Source of the DNA: an uncultured delta proteobacterium
Lineage (GTDB): Bacteria > Myxococcota > Kuafuiibacteriia > Kuafuiibacteriales > Kuafuiibacteriaceae
NCBI GenBank assembly: GCA_963803435.1
Contig: CAWDML010000001.1
Location: forward strand, 1,824,001-1,888,000
Reading direction: 5' to 3'
Length of the DNA stretch: 64,000 nt
Below the pieces are notes generated by a model. The model did no database searches. It saw nothing but the letters and a program-made list of their open reading frames with translations, and had not been told where the DNA came from. Below, one piece after another: positions 29,143-41,580 of this stretch. The stretch's first letter is position 1; each line of letters begins with the position of its first letter. The translations under genes and the position numbers were made by a program.

Positions 29143-32100
29143 TCACTCGAAGACGTCGGTCCGCAGCATCAACACCACGTCGCGCTCGGGCAGCAGCCGC
29201 ATGAGGAAGGTCCGCTCCGAGTCCTTGCGATCGACCACCACCAGCAGCGCCGCAGGCACCGCCAGCCGGGGCGCGGAGGAGCCGTAGTAGTGCACCATCG
29301 AGTCGTACGCTCCCGGCACCGTCTTCCTCGCCTCGTAGAGCTCGGGGCCGAGGCCGTCGGTGGTGTCCCAGAACAGCTCTCCGCCGGTGCGGGTGGTCTT
29401 GTGCTGGTAGAAGCACTTCTCACCGGTCGGCTCGTACACCCACAGATCGATGTCCACTTGATCGCTCGACCAATGCGTGGTGAGCGCGAAGTCGGCAGGC
29501 TCGTCGCCCAGCTCCGCCAGGCGACCCCGGAGCGCCCGCTGATCGGCCGGAGACAGCGGCGCCCGCTCGAGGGCCGAGCGAAGGAGCCGGGCGTAGTGCG
29601 TGCGGGCGGTGGTGGTCAGCTCCTGATCGTGCCGCGCCCACTCGCGCGCCAGCAGAATCTCGTAGTTCTCGGCGGCGCGATCGATCTGCCCGGCCGCGTC
29701 GAGCGCGAGCGCCTCCTCGAGGTACGCCTCGCCCTCGAAGGGGCGAAGGATCCGTAGTCTCTCGAAGAGCTCCACCGCTGCGTCGTACTGAGCCAGCGCC
29801 AGGAGCGCGTAGCCGACCAGGCGCATCGACTCGCCGTGGCGCGGGCGCAGCTCCACCGCCGAGGACAACGCCCGCACCGCCCCGAACGTGTCGCCGGAGA
29901 GGGCGCGCGTGCGGGCGATCCGCTCGTAGAGAAGGTAGCTCATCTTCTCCTGGGCCCGCGCTCTCCGGTAGTCGACCTCTGCGGTCGCCCGCTCGGGGCC
30001 GCCCACGAAGGGGGCGTCGAGGAGCGGTTGCGGGAGGAGCTGGGGCGCGAGCCCGTCGGCTCGCTTCTTCAGGATCTGGAGCACCTCGAGGCCGTGCCCG
30101 GGGACGCCGTCGAGGGAGAGGCCCACCGCGTCGCGAGCCCGCGCGTCCCGCTCTTGCTCCCGGAGCTTCATCAGGTCGCCGAGCTCGACGGTCTCGTCGG
30201 CCAGCCGGTACTGCTCGACCTGAGCGTCGTTGTCGAGGATCAGGAACGAGGCGCGCGCGTTGGCGAGGCGGTAGTGCTGCGAGAGCGCGACGACCATCCG
30301 AATCGAGCCGGGGATCGTCGAGCGCGATCAAGCGGCGCACGTGCAACTCCGCGAAGGCGCGCGGAGCGAATCGATCGTCGACCGACGCGTCGCCGAGCGG
30401 CACCTCGAGCCTGTGCTCGGCGCCGCCGCCGGCCGCCCGGTAGCGAAGCACCAGCGCACCGGTGCCGCCGTCCGGCAGGCGCCCGCCGATGGCCAGGGCC
30501 TGACCGGGGAACAGCAACCTGGGGTCGCCGCTGATGGCCACGTCGACGGCGCGTGCGCCCTTCACCTCAACGCCGATCAACTCGGCCGGCGCGCGCCGAT
30601 GCGCGAGCGCGGCCCGCTCGAGCTCGGCCTCAGAGAGCATCGTGACCGTCTGCCCGCCCGACTCGCGGGAGAGCAGGTCGAACAGCGGGCGATCGCTCGA
30701 CTCCTCGCCGACCTGATAGGTGACGAAACGGACGTCGCGGACGATCGGGTAGCGCTGCGGCAGCGCCTCGGCCCGATCGAGACCCCAGGTGATGTGTCCG
30801 TCCGAGAGGAGGAAGACGGTGGTCTTCTGGCCGTCGACGGCCCAGCTGCGCTGGCGTGTCAGCTCGCTCAGCGCGCCCGCGAGGTTGGTGGCGCCTTCGA
30901 GGTACACGCGCTCCAGCTCGGCCGAGGTGGCCCGGCGATTCTCTGGCGTGTTGTCCCGCCACCCGATCCCGTGCAGCCAGCGCGGGCGCACGTCGAAGAG
31001 CATCACCGCGTACTGCTCGATGCTGGAGTCCTTCTCCAGGAGCGCGCGGATCAAGGCAGCGCGACGCCGGTACGCGTCGCCCTCCTCGGAGGAAAGCGAC
31101 GTGTCGATCATCAGGATCGCGCGTCCGGTCGCTCGATCGCCGGTCTCCTCGATCGCGGGCCTCACCATGGCGAAGAACGCGTCGCCCGGAAGGCCGCCCG
31201 GATCGCGCCCGCGCAGCACGACCTGCGGCGAGGCGGGCTCGACCGCCACCGACAGCTCGCGCCCAGGCGCAACGGACCCGATCGACCATCGCCGCCAAGA
31301 CCCCGGTGCCCGCTCGGGCAACGCCCTCGCACCCGACCCCGCTCGCGCTCGATCGCTCGCTGGGGCCACCGGAGCGTCCGTGGGGCCGGTGACCTTTCCG
31401 AAGCGGGTGTCAGCGAAGAGCTCGGCGGCACGCTCGACGATGCTCGGGTCGGCCGGCATCAGGAAACCGTAGCGATACGCGGAGCCGTCGAACGGCAGGG
31501 TCTGCTCGTACGCGACCACCACGCGCTTCAGGCTGTGGGGCTCGAGCGGGAACACGCGCGCCTCGAAGTCGCCGCCGCCGCCCAGCTCCATCAAGGCGGG
31601 ATCGACGTTCTTGCGCACGATGTCCTCGTATACCTGGCGTGCGCGCTGGTGGCCGACGACGCGGGCGGTCTTGGAGGCGCCCCAGTCGATCGTCCCCGTC
31701 TGCTTGCCGGACGAGTGCGCGGGCGCGGCCTCCTCGAGCGAGTCCGGATCGATCCGGTCGCCGAGCTCCGGCAACATGCGATGCGAGCGGAAGAACGTCT
31801 CACTCTCGACGCGCTGGGTGCCGTCGAACATCGCGAAGCCCGCCGGCGAAGCATCGGCCGGCATCGGCTGAAAGAAGGTGCCCTCGAGCCGGCGGTCGTG
31901 AGGATTCTCGAAGACGTAGTCGATGACCGTGCGGGCCCGCGATCCCTGGACGTGCACCACGACGCGGAGCGCCCGCGGCACGATCGCCTTCATGCCTCGA
32001 TCCGTCTCGACCAGGATCCGCGCTGCGGTCGGCTTGTGGGCCACCGGCGCCAGCACTGTCTCCGGCCGCTTGATCCCGCCGGCGGCCTGGCCGTCCGAGA

Positions 32101-32563
32101 CTTCGTTTGCGTCCTTCTCCGCGATCGACTTGGTGACGGCGCGGTACGGATCCTCCTCGAGCTTCGCGTGTTCCTTCGGCTTCGCCTCGACGTCGGGTTC
32201 GGCGACCACCACGGGCGGGGACGCCGGCAGCCGACCCGACGCCTCCCGGTCGTCCTCGTCTCCGTCCGCCGAAGAGATCCTCGACTCCAAGGTCACGTCG
32301 CCGGCCGGCGCGCGCGTCTGGTCGACCTCGGCCGGTGTCATCGTCTTCGGCTCGGCGAAGGCCTCGGCGATCCGCTGAAGGTCGAGGGGCGCGACGTTCC
32401 GCGCCTCGTCGCGCACCGTCGCGGGCGCGTCCAGGCCCAGACGGCGGAAGGCGTCGGCCTCGACCGCGGTCGCCGTCGCCGGCCCCTGCCGCTCGACCTT
32501 CTGGGCGCAGGCTGAGGTGAGTAAAAGTAGGAGAAGGCGCGCGCGGCGAGCGGACATGGGCAA
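29143..32563 (-). CDS. VIT-vWA-TPR-DUF2135-like lipoprotein, one +1 frameshift at ~30302
   Basis: VIT (FENPHDRRLEG), vWA (IDTSLS, LLSDG), TPRs, C-terminal DIDLWVYEP..DTTDGLGPE; two ORFs join if GATTC is read as GATC. Confidence 0.78.
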
Positions 32564-32678
32564 TCAACGTACGACGGGCGCGAAAGATCTAGGGGCGTGT
32601 AGCGCGTAAGCGCTCACGCGACCCCGGTCCGGGTCCCGGTCCCGGTCCGGGTCCCGATCTGAAGATGGCTGCCTTGAG

Positions 32679-33020
32679 TCAGACGCTCGCGACGGTCGCG
32701 AGCTTCGATCGGTAGAGCTTGAGCAGGTTGTGGGTGAGGCAGACGAGCGTCCACTCGGCTCGTACCTTGAAGAAGGAGCGTAGCGAGAACCGGCGGAATC
32801 CTCGTGCCGCTTTGATCTGTCCGAGCGCCGGTTCGACGATACTCTTCCTGCGGGCGTAGACCGCCTTGCCGTCGCGCGTTTGCAACTTGTCTCGCATTCG
32901 CTTGCGAGCGAGCGAGGCAGGTGTGGGCTCCGAAGCTGATGAGGACGGAGTCGACGCGTCTTGGTTCTGTTCGCGTCCAACAGCGATGTGGGCATCGATC
33001 TGATTGTTGTCGCAGAATTC
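32679..33020 (-). pseudogene. IS1182 transposase C-terminal fragment
   Basis: MRDKLQTRDGKAVYARRKSIVEPALGQIK..AEWTLVCLTHNLLKL. Confidence 0.88.
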
Positions 33021-33267
33021 CATCGTGAAGAACACCGCCGAGGGCGCCGGAGAGTTCAATCCACCTGAGAACAATCCACCTGAGAAGGCTCGCTTCTACC
33101 GGATGGCACTTCGCTCTGGCACCGAAAGCGCCGCCTCACTCCACACCTGCTTGAGGCGCCGACTCGCCAACGAGCAGAAGGTCCAAGCCGCCAGAGCCAA
33201 GCTCAAGCGCGTTGTCGAGATGCTCACGCGCCTCATCAAGTCGATGAACGCACGCCGGGCTGCATGA
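33021..33267 (+). pseudogene. Four-helix-bundle gene 3' fragment with a 15-bp tandem duplication
   Basis: Matches the 3' two-thirds of 27137-27505; CAATCCACCTGAGAA occurs twice at 33057-33086. Confidence 0.85.
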
Positions 33268-33337
33268 TCGCCATCGGGACCGGGACCGGGACCGGGACCC
33301 GGACCGGGCTCGCGGTAGCGCTACGCGCTACACGCTC

Positions 33338-34633
<1,296 letters not shown>

Positions 34634-34680
34634 ACTCTGCTCCTGGAGGACCGACGCGAAGAACGCAGTCGGTTCACCGC

Positions 34681-37611
34681 TCATTCCCGCCCCAGGTCTT
34701 TCGCCAGCCGGAACCCGAGGCCTGTGTTCACGAAGTCGCGCTGGGTGACGTGCCGGAAGGCCACCCGACAGAAGAGGCCGGTGTCGCTCCAGCACCCCCC
34801 TCTCATGACCGGCATGATCTGGGCGCCGACCTCGGTCGCGCAGATCTCCCGCATGCCTCCCGCCATGTCGCGGGCGCCGTACGGGGAGCAGTCGATCGGA
34901 AACGCCCCCACCGGCTCCGGCTCCGGATAGGGCATGTTGCGGGACTCCTTCATCTTGCAGAAGGTCGGATCGAAGTGATCGCCCCAAGGGAAGAAGCGAC
35001 CGTCCACCCCGCGTGCCGCCTTCTCCCACTCGTTCTCGTGCGGGAGGCGGAGCCGCTCACCGGTCGCCGCGCTCTTCCATTCAATATATGCGAGCGCGTC
35101 CTCCATCGAGACGCCGTTCACCGGCAGGTCCGCAACCCACGCGTGTCCCCCTGGGCTCTTCTCCGGGTACTCGAAGCGGCCGCGCTCCGGATCGAACCGC
35201 CAGTAGTAGCCCTCCTGCGCGCGGGCCCGCGGGACGTGCTCGAGCGCCGCCTTCTCTCCCGACGTGGCGGCCAGGTCGTTGATGAACTCGAGGTACTCGT
35301 CGCAGGTCACCGGGAAGCGCGCGATCGCGAACTCGCCGACCTCGACCACGCGGCGATCGAGCCCGCCGTGCGCGATCGGATCGCCGCCCAGGATGGCCGG
35401 ACCTTCGGGCACCAGGACGAACGACTCGCCGATCTCGTCGACGGTCCTCCAGTCGAGGTGCACGCTCACCGACTCGGTGCGCCCGATCAGCACCGGCCGC
35501 ACGATCTGTCGATCGTTCGGGCGCGAGAAGAACAAGAGATAGCTCCCGATCGGCACCTCGAACTGCTCGACGGGCACACGGCCGAGCAGCCGGCGATCGC
35601 TCGGCCGCAGCACCCGATCGACGTTCTCGAGCCGAGCGATTCCGACCTCGACGTCGACCGGGGTCGCGGTGATCTCGAGCGTCCCGTCGCCCTCGAGGAC
35701 GCGCTCCCAGACCCCGTCGTCGTAGCGCGAGACCAGCGTGCGGTAGTACTTCTGTCCTTCGACGTCCCGGGCGCGCTCCGCCTCACCGAAGCGCGCGAAG
35801 TACAGAGATGCCAGGGCGCTGCGGGCCTCGCGATCGTCGGGGACCTCGCCCAGCGCCCGCAGGAAGGCGGCCTCCGCCTCCTCGAACGCGGCGATGGCGT
35901 CGATCTTCAGCTCGCTGACCCGATCCTCGAGCGTCCAGATCCGGTGCTTCTTCTCGACGCCCTCCCAGGTCGGCACCTCCTTCGCCAGCTTCTTGGCCTC
36001 CGACTCGGCGGACTGGAGCTCGATCTTGAGCTGCTTCCAGCGATCGGTCGCGCGCCGCCCCTCCCGGATCCGGGCCTTCGCCTCCTCGCTCCGCCGCTGC
36101 CGCTCCTTGGCGCCTTCCAGGAAGGACCCAATGTCGTCCGCGAGCTTCTTCGCCGGCGGGCGCGCCTCGGGATCGCTCTGCATCGCAGAGAGACAGAGCT
36201 CCTCGAGGTCGGGCGGGATACCGAGGTCCGGGACGCGCTCGCGGGGGCGGCGGAAGTCGCCGCGGCGGACGCGCATCACGGTTGGCACGAAGCCGAGATC
36301 GGGGAACGCGGGCTCGAGCGTGAGGATCTCGTACAGCGTCGCGCCGAGCCCATAGACGTCCGACTTCGAGCTGACCAGCTCGGGCCGGCCCTCGGTGGCC
36401 TCGGGCGACATATACTGGGGCGTTCCGGTGATCGTACCGCTCGCGGTCTCCGACGCGGAGTAGCGCCCGACCATCCGCACCTGCGGCATGTCCTCGGTGA
36501 TCTCGGGCTCCCGATCCGACTGCACCTTGGCCAGGCCCCAGTCGAGCAAGATCGACTCGCCGTAGCGCCCGACCATGATGTTCGCGGGCTTGATGTCGCG
36601 ATGGATGACGCCGTGCGCGTGGGAGAAGGCGACGGCGTACGCGATCTGCTGGAAGATGGTCAGCATGCGCACGCGCGTGAACTCCTTCATGGTGTCCTGG
36701 TCGCCGTCGCGGAGCTTCTGGATGATGTCGGCGAGCGTGCGGCCGCTCAGCATCTTCATCACGTAGAAGAGCTCGCCGGTGGGGAGGCGACCGATGTCGT
36801 GGATCGGGATGATCGACGGGTGCTCCAGCTGTCCGGTGGCCTGCACCTCGGTCCAGAAGCGCCGGATGAGATTCTCGGGCGCCTGCCCGCCGCCGAGCAG
36901 CACCTTGACGGCGACCTCGCGGCCGATCTCGGTGTCGCGCGCCTTGAGGATGCGCCCCATCCCGCCGCGACCGATCTCGCCCAGGAGCTGATAGCGCTCC
37001 TCCATGTCCTTGCCGCTGGGGGCGAGGCGGAGGCTGCTCTTCTCGATCTCGAGATCGACGCCGCTGCTCCGGAGCGTGCGCGGCCGGGGATGGCTGAGAT
37101 CGAGCGCCTCCGGATAAGCGACGCCGCCGCCGATGATCGGATCCGACGGGGAGCCACCGCGGATGGTGTCGGTCTCGAGGACGTCACCGCCGACGAAGCG
37201 GCTGGGCTCGTAGGGCGCCGTGGGACCGAGGCCGTCCCAATCCTCGTACGCGACGCCCGGGATCTTCGTCGGATTCTCCTCGTCCCACTCGTTCCTCGGC
37301 GGCAGCGGCGTGACCAGGCGGGCCTCGCCGACGAGATCGAACCAGGTGTCGTCGACGCTCTCGTCGGAGACGGTGGAGGTCTCGCTCACGTCTCGCTTTG
37401 AGGCCTCGACCTGCGCGGTCTCCAGCGCGATGCCGGTGAGGCTCCCGCTGTCCATGAGCACCTCGCCGAGGCGACGGTCGGACGAGCTTGCGGCGTCGAG
37501 CGCGCGCAAGAGCTCGTCCATGGGAATCAAGTCGCGCTCGAGGAGATACGCCGCGAGCGCTCTGTCCTCGGGGCGAAGTGATCGAATTGCGGACAACCCC
37601 TCGTCTTTCAT
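34681..37611 (-). CDS. Ser/Thr kinase fused to a coiled coil and a C-terminal FGE-sulfatase (SUMF1) domain
   Basis: IGRGGMG, HRDIKPAN, DWG, YMSPE; RLPHENEWEKAARG..FPWG, DMAG, RGGCW..GFRL. Confidence 0.92.
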   Translation of the reverse strand: MKDEGLSAIRSLRPEDRALAAYLLERDLIPMDELLRALDAASSSDRRLGEVLMDSGSLTGIALETAQVEASKRDVSETSTVSDESVDDTWFDLVGEARLVTPLPPRNEWDEENPTKIPGVAYEDWDGLGPTAPYEPSRFVGGDVLETDTIRGGSPSDPIIGGGVAYPEALDLSHPRPRTLRSSGVDLEIEKSSLRLAPSGKDMEERYQLLGEIGRGGMGRILKARDTEIGREVAVKVLLGGGQAPENLIRRFWTEVQATGQLEHPSIIPIHDIGRLPTGELFYVMKMLSGRTLADIIQKLRDGDQDTMKEFTRVRMLTIFQQIAYAVAFSHAHGVIHRDIKPANIMVGRYGESILLDWGLAKVQSDREPEITEDMPQVRMVGRYSASETASGTITGTPQYMSPEATEGRPELVSSKSDVYGLGATLYEILTLEPAFPDLGFVPTVMRVRRGDFRRPRERVPDLGIPPDLEELCLSAMQSDPEARPPAKKLADDIGSFLEGAKERQRRSEEAKARIREGRRATDRWKQLKIELQSAESEAKKLAKEVPTWEGVEKKHRIWTLEDRVSELKIDAIAAFEEAEAAFLRALGEVPDDREARSALASLYFARFGEAERARDVEGQKYYRTLVSRYDDGVWERVLEGDGTLEITATPVDVEVGIARLENVDRVLRPSDRRLLGRVPVEQFEVPIGSYLLFFSRPNDRQIVRPVLIGRTESVSVHLDWRTVDEIGESFVLVPEGPAILGGDPIAHGGLDRRVVEVGEFAIARFPVTCDEYLEFINDLAATSGEKAALEHVPRARAQEGYYWRFDPERGRFEYPEKSPGGHAWVADLPVNGVSMEDALAYIEWKSAATGERLRLPHENEWEKAARGVDGRFFPWGDHFDPTFCKMKESRNMPYPEPEPVGAFPIDCSPYGARDMAGGMREICATEVGAQIMPVMRGGCWSDTGLFCRVAFRHVTQRDFVNTGLGFRLAKDLGRE

Positions 37612-37705
37612 GACCCAGACCGGGCCTCCGGTAAAGAAAGGGGCAAACGCTTTTCAGCCGGGGCCGACTGCGCTAATTGACCCCCTCACCGGGGAAAGGA
37701 ATCCA

Positions 37706-38668
37706 ATGAGCCAACTTCAACCGATATTGCTCGTTCTCCTCCTCGGGGCTGTCGGATACGCAGTCTATCTCTGGCGCAAGATCTCGGGCCTCGAAGGCTC
37801 CCTTCGCGCCGATCGACAAGCGAGCGATGAACGGCGCGCCGACCTGGAAAAGGCGCGAAAAGAGAGCCGTGAACGCCGCGATGAGCTCGAAGACCTGCGC
37901 AAACAGCTCCAGGATGCGAAGGGAAAGCTCAAGCGACAGCAGCGCGACCACGAGGAGGGTCAGGGGAAGAAGCGGCGGGGTGGAACTCTCGCCGAGCGGG
38001 CCGACGAATCGGAGTCCGCCGCCGCCATCGTGCGCGTCGGAGATCGCGAGGTCGAGGAGGCCCACCGTCGCGAAGTGGATCGCCTGGAGGCCGAGATCCA
38101 GCGCGCCAACCAGGAGCTCCGGCGGGCGAACGACACCATCGAGAAGATGAAGCGAGCCGAGGAGCGGAAGAAGGAAGACGCCGAGCTGGCGGCCAAGGCG
38201 CTCGCGGGCGAGGAGTCCGCGCCGGTGGCCGAGGGCGCCACCGAAGCGGAGAAGATCAGCCTCCTCACCGAGCAGCTGGAGACGCTCAAGCGTGCCGCCT
38301 CCGTCGAGCAGAAGCGGCTCTCCTCCGAGGTGATGAAGCTCGACGTCAAGGCCAAGAACGCGCTCAAGCGGGCGACCAACAACCACTCGCTCTACCTGGT
38401 GGTGAAGGGCCAGCTCGAGCTCGCCGAGGACAAGCTGGCGCTGTTGCGCATGAAGTACGAAGGCGCGAAGAAGCCGGAGGAGATGAAGAGCAGCGACCTC
38501 GCCGAGCAGGTGGTGGAGACCGCCGAGGCCGCCGCGGCTGCGGTGGAGGCGGCGGCCGAAGAGGCCGCGCTGCCGGCGTCCGACGAGGCCTCCGGGATGG
38601 ACGTCATCCCGGACGTGGAGCCGGAGACCGCGGAGGCGGCGCCTGAGGACAAAGCCACCACCGTATGA
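37706..38668 (+). CDS. N-terminally anchored coiled-coil protein
   Basis: TM helix followed by long E/K/R heptads and an acidic tail; AAGGA ribosome-binding site. Confidence 0.7.
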   Translation: MSQLQPILLVLLLGAVGYAVYLWRKISGLEGSLRADRQASDERRADLEKARKESRERRDELEDLRKQLQDAKGKLKRQQRDHEEGQGKKRRGGTLAERADESESAAAIVRVGDREVEEAHRREVDRLEAEIQRANQELRRANDTIEKMKRAEERKKEDAELAAKALAGEESAPVAEGATEAEKISLLTEQLETLKRAASVEQKRLSSEVMKLDVKAKNALKRATNNHSLYLVVKGQLELAEDKLALLRMKYEGAKKPEEMKSSDLAEQVVETAEAAAAAVEAAAEEAALPASDEASGMDVIPDVEPETAEAAPEDKATTV

Positions 38669-38669
38669 G

Positions 38670-40037
38670 ATGCGGCTGCTCCTGATCGCTCTGGTGGCGG
38701 CCACGCCTGCGTACGCGACCGATCCCAACGTCGTGATCTTCGGAGGCGGCTGGGGCCCCGAGGGCACCCAGGCCTCGATCGAGGCGCACGTGGCCGCGCT
38801 GGTGAAGGCGCTGAGCGCGAGCAAGCCGGACGTGCTCTTCGCCGGCGACAGCGTGCTGCGATCGGTGCAGGTCGCACGGGACAGCGACGATCCGATCGAC
38901 GCGGTGCTCGGGAGCGTGTTCGATCGGCGCGACCACCTTCAGGTCGACTACCGAAAGAAACGGGTGCCGAGCGCGAAGGCGTCCCGGCAGGCGCTGCTCG
39001 ACTCAATCGCGCGGAACGCCGGCGACGACGGGTTGATCGTGCTCGGCGCCGGACACGGCTCGCCCGCCGAGGAGGGACAGCAGGCCGCGCTCGAGATGTG
39101 GGGCCCCGACGATCGGCTCCCGGTCGGCGACCTGGCTGCGCACCTGGATCGCACCGCCAAGGGTCCGGTCGCGTTCGTGCTGGGGCACTGCCACTCGGGC
39201 GCGTTCACGGACCTGATCTACGTGGCGGGCAAGCCACCGAAGATCGCGACGCCCTCGCGGTGCGTGTTGGCGGCGGTACCGCGCGACCAGGAGGCGGCCG
39301 GTTGTACGCCCGACCTCGACGATCCGAGCGCGGACGCGTACATGGCGATGATCGCGGAGGCGTTCGAGAAGGGCGCCGACTTCGACGGTGACGGCGCCAC
39401 CTCTCTCGCCGAGGCCCATGCGTACGCGCGGATCAACGACGGCACGGTCGACCTGCCGGTGGCCTCGAGCGAGGTCTGGCTGCGGTCGCGCCTGGGGTCC
39501 CGCCTGCCGAACGCCGAGGGCGTCCCGATCGCCAAGCTCCTGGCGGGGACGCGCCCCACCGAACGCGCGGTGCTCGAGCAGCTCCAGCAGGGACGGCTGC
39601 TGCAGGAAGGACCCAAGGCCGTGGTCGAGGATCTCGAGGATCTGGAGGATTGGATCGACGAGGGCTCGAAGAAGCTCGACGAGGCGCTGGACGGGCGCGA
39701 CCTGCTCCGTAGGCAGGTGGTCGACGCCGTGCTGGCGCGATGGCCCGAGCTGGTGAATCCGTACCACCACGTGTCGCGGCAGATGCTGGCCGGCGACGCC
39801 CGCGAGGTGGTCGAGTTCATCAAGAAGCGGCCGGAGTGGGTGGAGATGGTGCGGCGGGACGAGGAGATCCGCGCGCGGGATCAGCAGGTGTTGTCGCTCG
39901 AGAAGCGGGCCGCGGTTCTCTCGCGGTTCGTGCGCACCGTTCAGGTCGTCGCCGGGGAACGGATGCTGTCACGGCGCGATCGCGCCACGCTCCGCGCGCT
40001 GGTCACCTGCGAGTCGATGAAGCCGCGCGTCCGTTGA
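38670..40037 (+). CDS. Secreted caspase/legumain-like (clan CD) peptidase
   Basis: Signal peptide; GAGHG and GHCHSGAF His/Cys dyad; EF-hand-like DFDGDGATSLAE. Confidence 0.6.
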   Translation: MRLLLIALVAATPAYATDPNVVIFGGGWGPEGTQASIEAHVAALVKALSASKPDVLFAGDSVLRSVQVARDSDDPIDAVLGSVFDRRDHLQVDYRKKRVPSAKASRQALLDSIARNAGDDGLIVLGAGHGSPAEEGQQAALEMWGPDDRLPVGDLAAHLDRTAKGPVAFVLGHCHSGAFTDLIYVAGKPPKIATPSRCVLAAVPRDQEAAGCTPDLDDPSADAYMAMIAEAFEKGADFDGDGATSLAEAHAYARINDGTVDLPVASSEVWLRSRLGSRLPNAEGVPIAKLLAGTRPTERAVLEQLQQGRLLQEGPKAVVEDLEDLEDWIDEGSKKLDEALDGRDLLRRQVVDAVLARWPELVNPYHHVSRQMLAGDAREVVEFIKKRPEWVEMVRRDEEIRARDQQVLSLEKRAAVLSRFVRTVQVVAGERMLSRRDRATLRALVTCESMKPRVR

Positions 40038-40039
40038 AG

Positions 40040-40717
40040 CTAGCCCTGCGACTCGAGCGTCGCGTCGATCTGATCGATCCACCGCGAGATGCTGCCGGCG
40101 CGAACGCGCATCTTGGCGCGCGTGTCCGGCTCGGTCGCCGGCGCGTAGCCGAGCTCGGCGTCCTCGCGGTGACGGATCAACAGACCGCGTGCGATCAGGT
40201 CCGGGTTGTTGTCCGCACAGCGCGGCACGCGCAGGCTCTCGACCTCCTCGCGCAGCCGCGCGAGACGCTGGTGGTCGTGCTGCCAGAGGCGGGCGCGGCG
40301 GCGGTAGAGCGCCTGACGGCGTCGGATCTCGGCGCGCGCGCCGTCGATGGCGGGCGCGAGCTCGTCCATCAGCCGCTCGAAGAGCTTCTCGGGGTCGACC
40401 CACAGCAGCCGGCACGAGCGGCGGACGGCGTTCGGGATCAGGCTGGCGGCGACGAGGATGAGCACGTCGGCCTCCGTGGAGAGCAGCGCCATCCGGTAGT
40501 CGAGCGGTACCGGGCGGAGGACCTCAGCGTTGCGACCGACCCGCTCGACGTAGAGGCAGGCCCCTTGGGCGAGGGCCTCGGCGCGGCGACCGACGGCCTC
40601 GCGGGAGGCCTGGCCCCAGACCGAGAGGCGGGCGTCGAGCGCCTGGACGGTGGCCGGCCGGCGCGGCGTGATGTCTTCCTCGAAGGAGTCGGACGGGAGC
40701 TTGTGGGCGATGACCAT
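40040..40717 (-). CDS. Hypothetical protein
   Basis: GC3-biased ORF directly downstream of a sigma54-like promoter. Confidence 0.55.
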   Translation of the reverse strand: MVIAHKLPSDSFEEDITPRRPATVQALDARLSVWGQASREAVGRRAEALAQGACLYVERVGRNAEVLRPVPLDYRMALLSTEADVLILVAASLIPNAVRRSCRLLWVDPEKLFERLMDELAPAIDGARAEIRRRQALYRRRARLWQHDHQRLARLREEVESLRVPRCADNNPDLIARGLLIRHREDAELGYAPATEPDTRAKMRVRAGSISRWIDQIDATLESQG

Positions 40718-40729
40718 GGCGCTTCCCTC

Positions 40730-40745
40730 AGCACAGGGAGTGCCA
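40730..40745 (-). promoter_or_regulatory. Sigma54 -24/-12 promoter
   Basis: Minus strand TGGCACTCCCTGTGCT, GG-N10-GC spacing. Confidence 0.6.
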
Positions 40746-40983
40746 AGTCTCACGCCCGCCGTCCGCGGCGGTTTCCGCGCCGGATCTCGGGTCGTATTGA
40801 GGCATCGACTCCACGACCTGCCCCAGACCGCGGCATTGAGCCCGCGCCTATTCACCCTGTCGGACGGCCCGGGTGACCTGGCTGCCTGGCTGATGCGCGA
40901 GGATCGGAGGCAACCGGCGGCCGAGCATGAGGTTTTCCGAGCGCACCCGACCGACCGATGTCTAGGGGTGAGGCATCGATGTC

Positions 40984-41580
40984 TCAGACCTGATGCTCCC
41001 GATGTTCCAGCATCCGTCGGATATTGCCCTGATGGCGGACGAGAATGATCAGCGAGCAGAGCACCGCCAGCCCGGTGACCTCGAGCCGTCCGTCGAGGAA
41101 CCAGGTCGCGGTGGTGAGGACGAGCGCGCCGATCAGCGAGCCGAGGCTGACGAACTTGCTGACGAGAAAAGTCACCAAGAAGGCGGCGATCGCCACCCCG
41201 GTAGATAACGGTGAAAGTGCGAGGAACACCCCCAGCGCGGTGGCCACGCCCTTCCCTCCCCGAAACGCGAGGTAGATCGGCAGCACGTGTCCGACGACAG
41301 CCGCGAGCCCGGCGGCCGCGAGCCAGCGCGCGTCGAGGTGGAGGACGTACTGGCCGATCAGGATCGGAGCGGCCCCCTTCGCCGCGTCGAGCAGCAGAGT
41401 GAGCACGCCGACGGTCTTGCCGGCGGTGCGCGCGACGTTCGTGGCGCCGATGTTCCCGCTGCCCGCGCTTCGTACGTCGACGCCGGCGGCCTTGCCGAGG
41501 AGGAGACCGAACGGGATCGCGCCGACCAGATAGGCCGCCAAGACTACGAGGATCGGGATCGTCGGGGGCATCGTCACCAT
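40984..41580 (-). CDS. plsY: Glycerol-3-phosphate acyltransferase PlsY
   Basis: AYLVGAIPFG, GSGNIGATN, DAAKG, GHVLPIY..GGKGVA, RHQGNIRR. Confidence 0.95.
   Translation of the reverse strand: MVTMPPTIPILVVLAAYLVGAIPFGLLLGKAAGVDVRSAGSGNIGATNVARTAGKTVGVLTLLLDAAKGAAPILIGQYVLHLDARWLAAAGLAAVVGHVLPIYLAFRGGKGVATALGVFLALSPLSTGVAIAAFLVTFLVSKFVSLGSLIGALVLTTATWFLDGRLEVTGLAVLCSLIILVRHQGNIRRMLEHREHQV

Larger units (their letters stand above)
32593..33337. mobile_element. IS1182-family/four-helix-bundle element, copy 3 (MITE-sized, 745 bp)
   Basis: Both IRs and CTAG on both sides (32589-32592, 33338-33341); transposase 3' end fused to IVP-gene 3' end at ATTC (33017-33020). Confidence 0.88.

Noticed and set aside
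34750-37401. Long antisense or alternative-frame ORFs (e.g. 34750-37401, 41944-44475, 60843-63614, 2375-4645)
   Set aside because: These are Arg/Pro/Gly-rich shadow ORFs, expected in high-GC DNA, overlapping well-supported genes.
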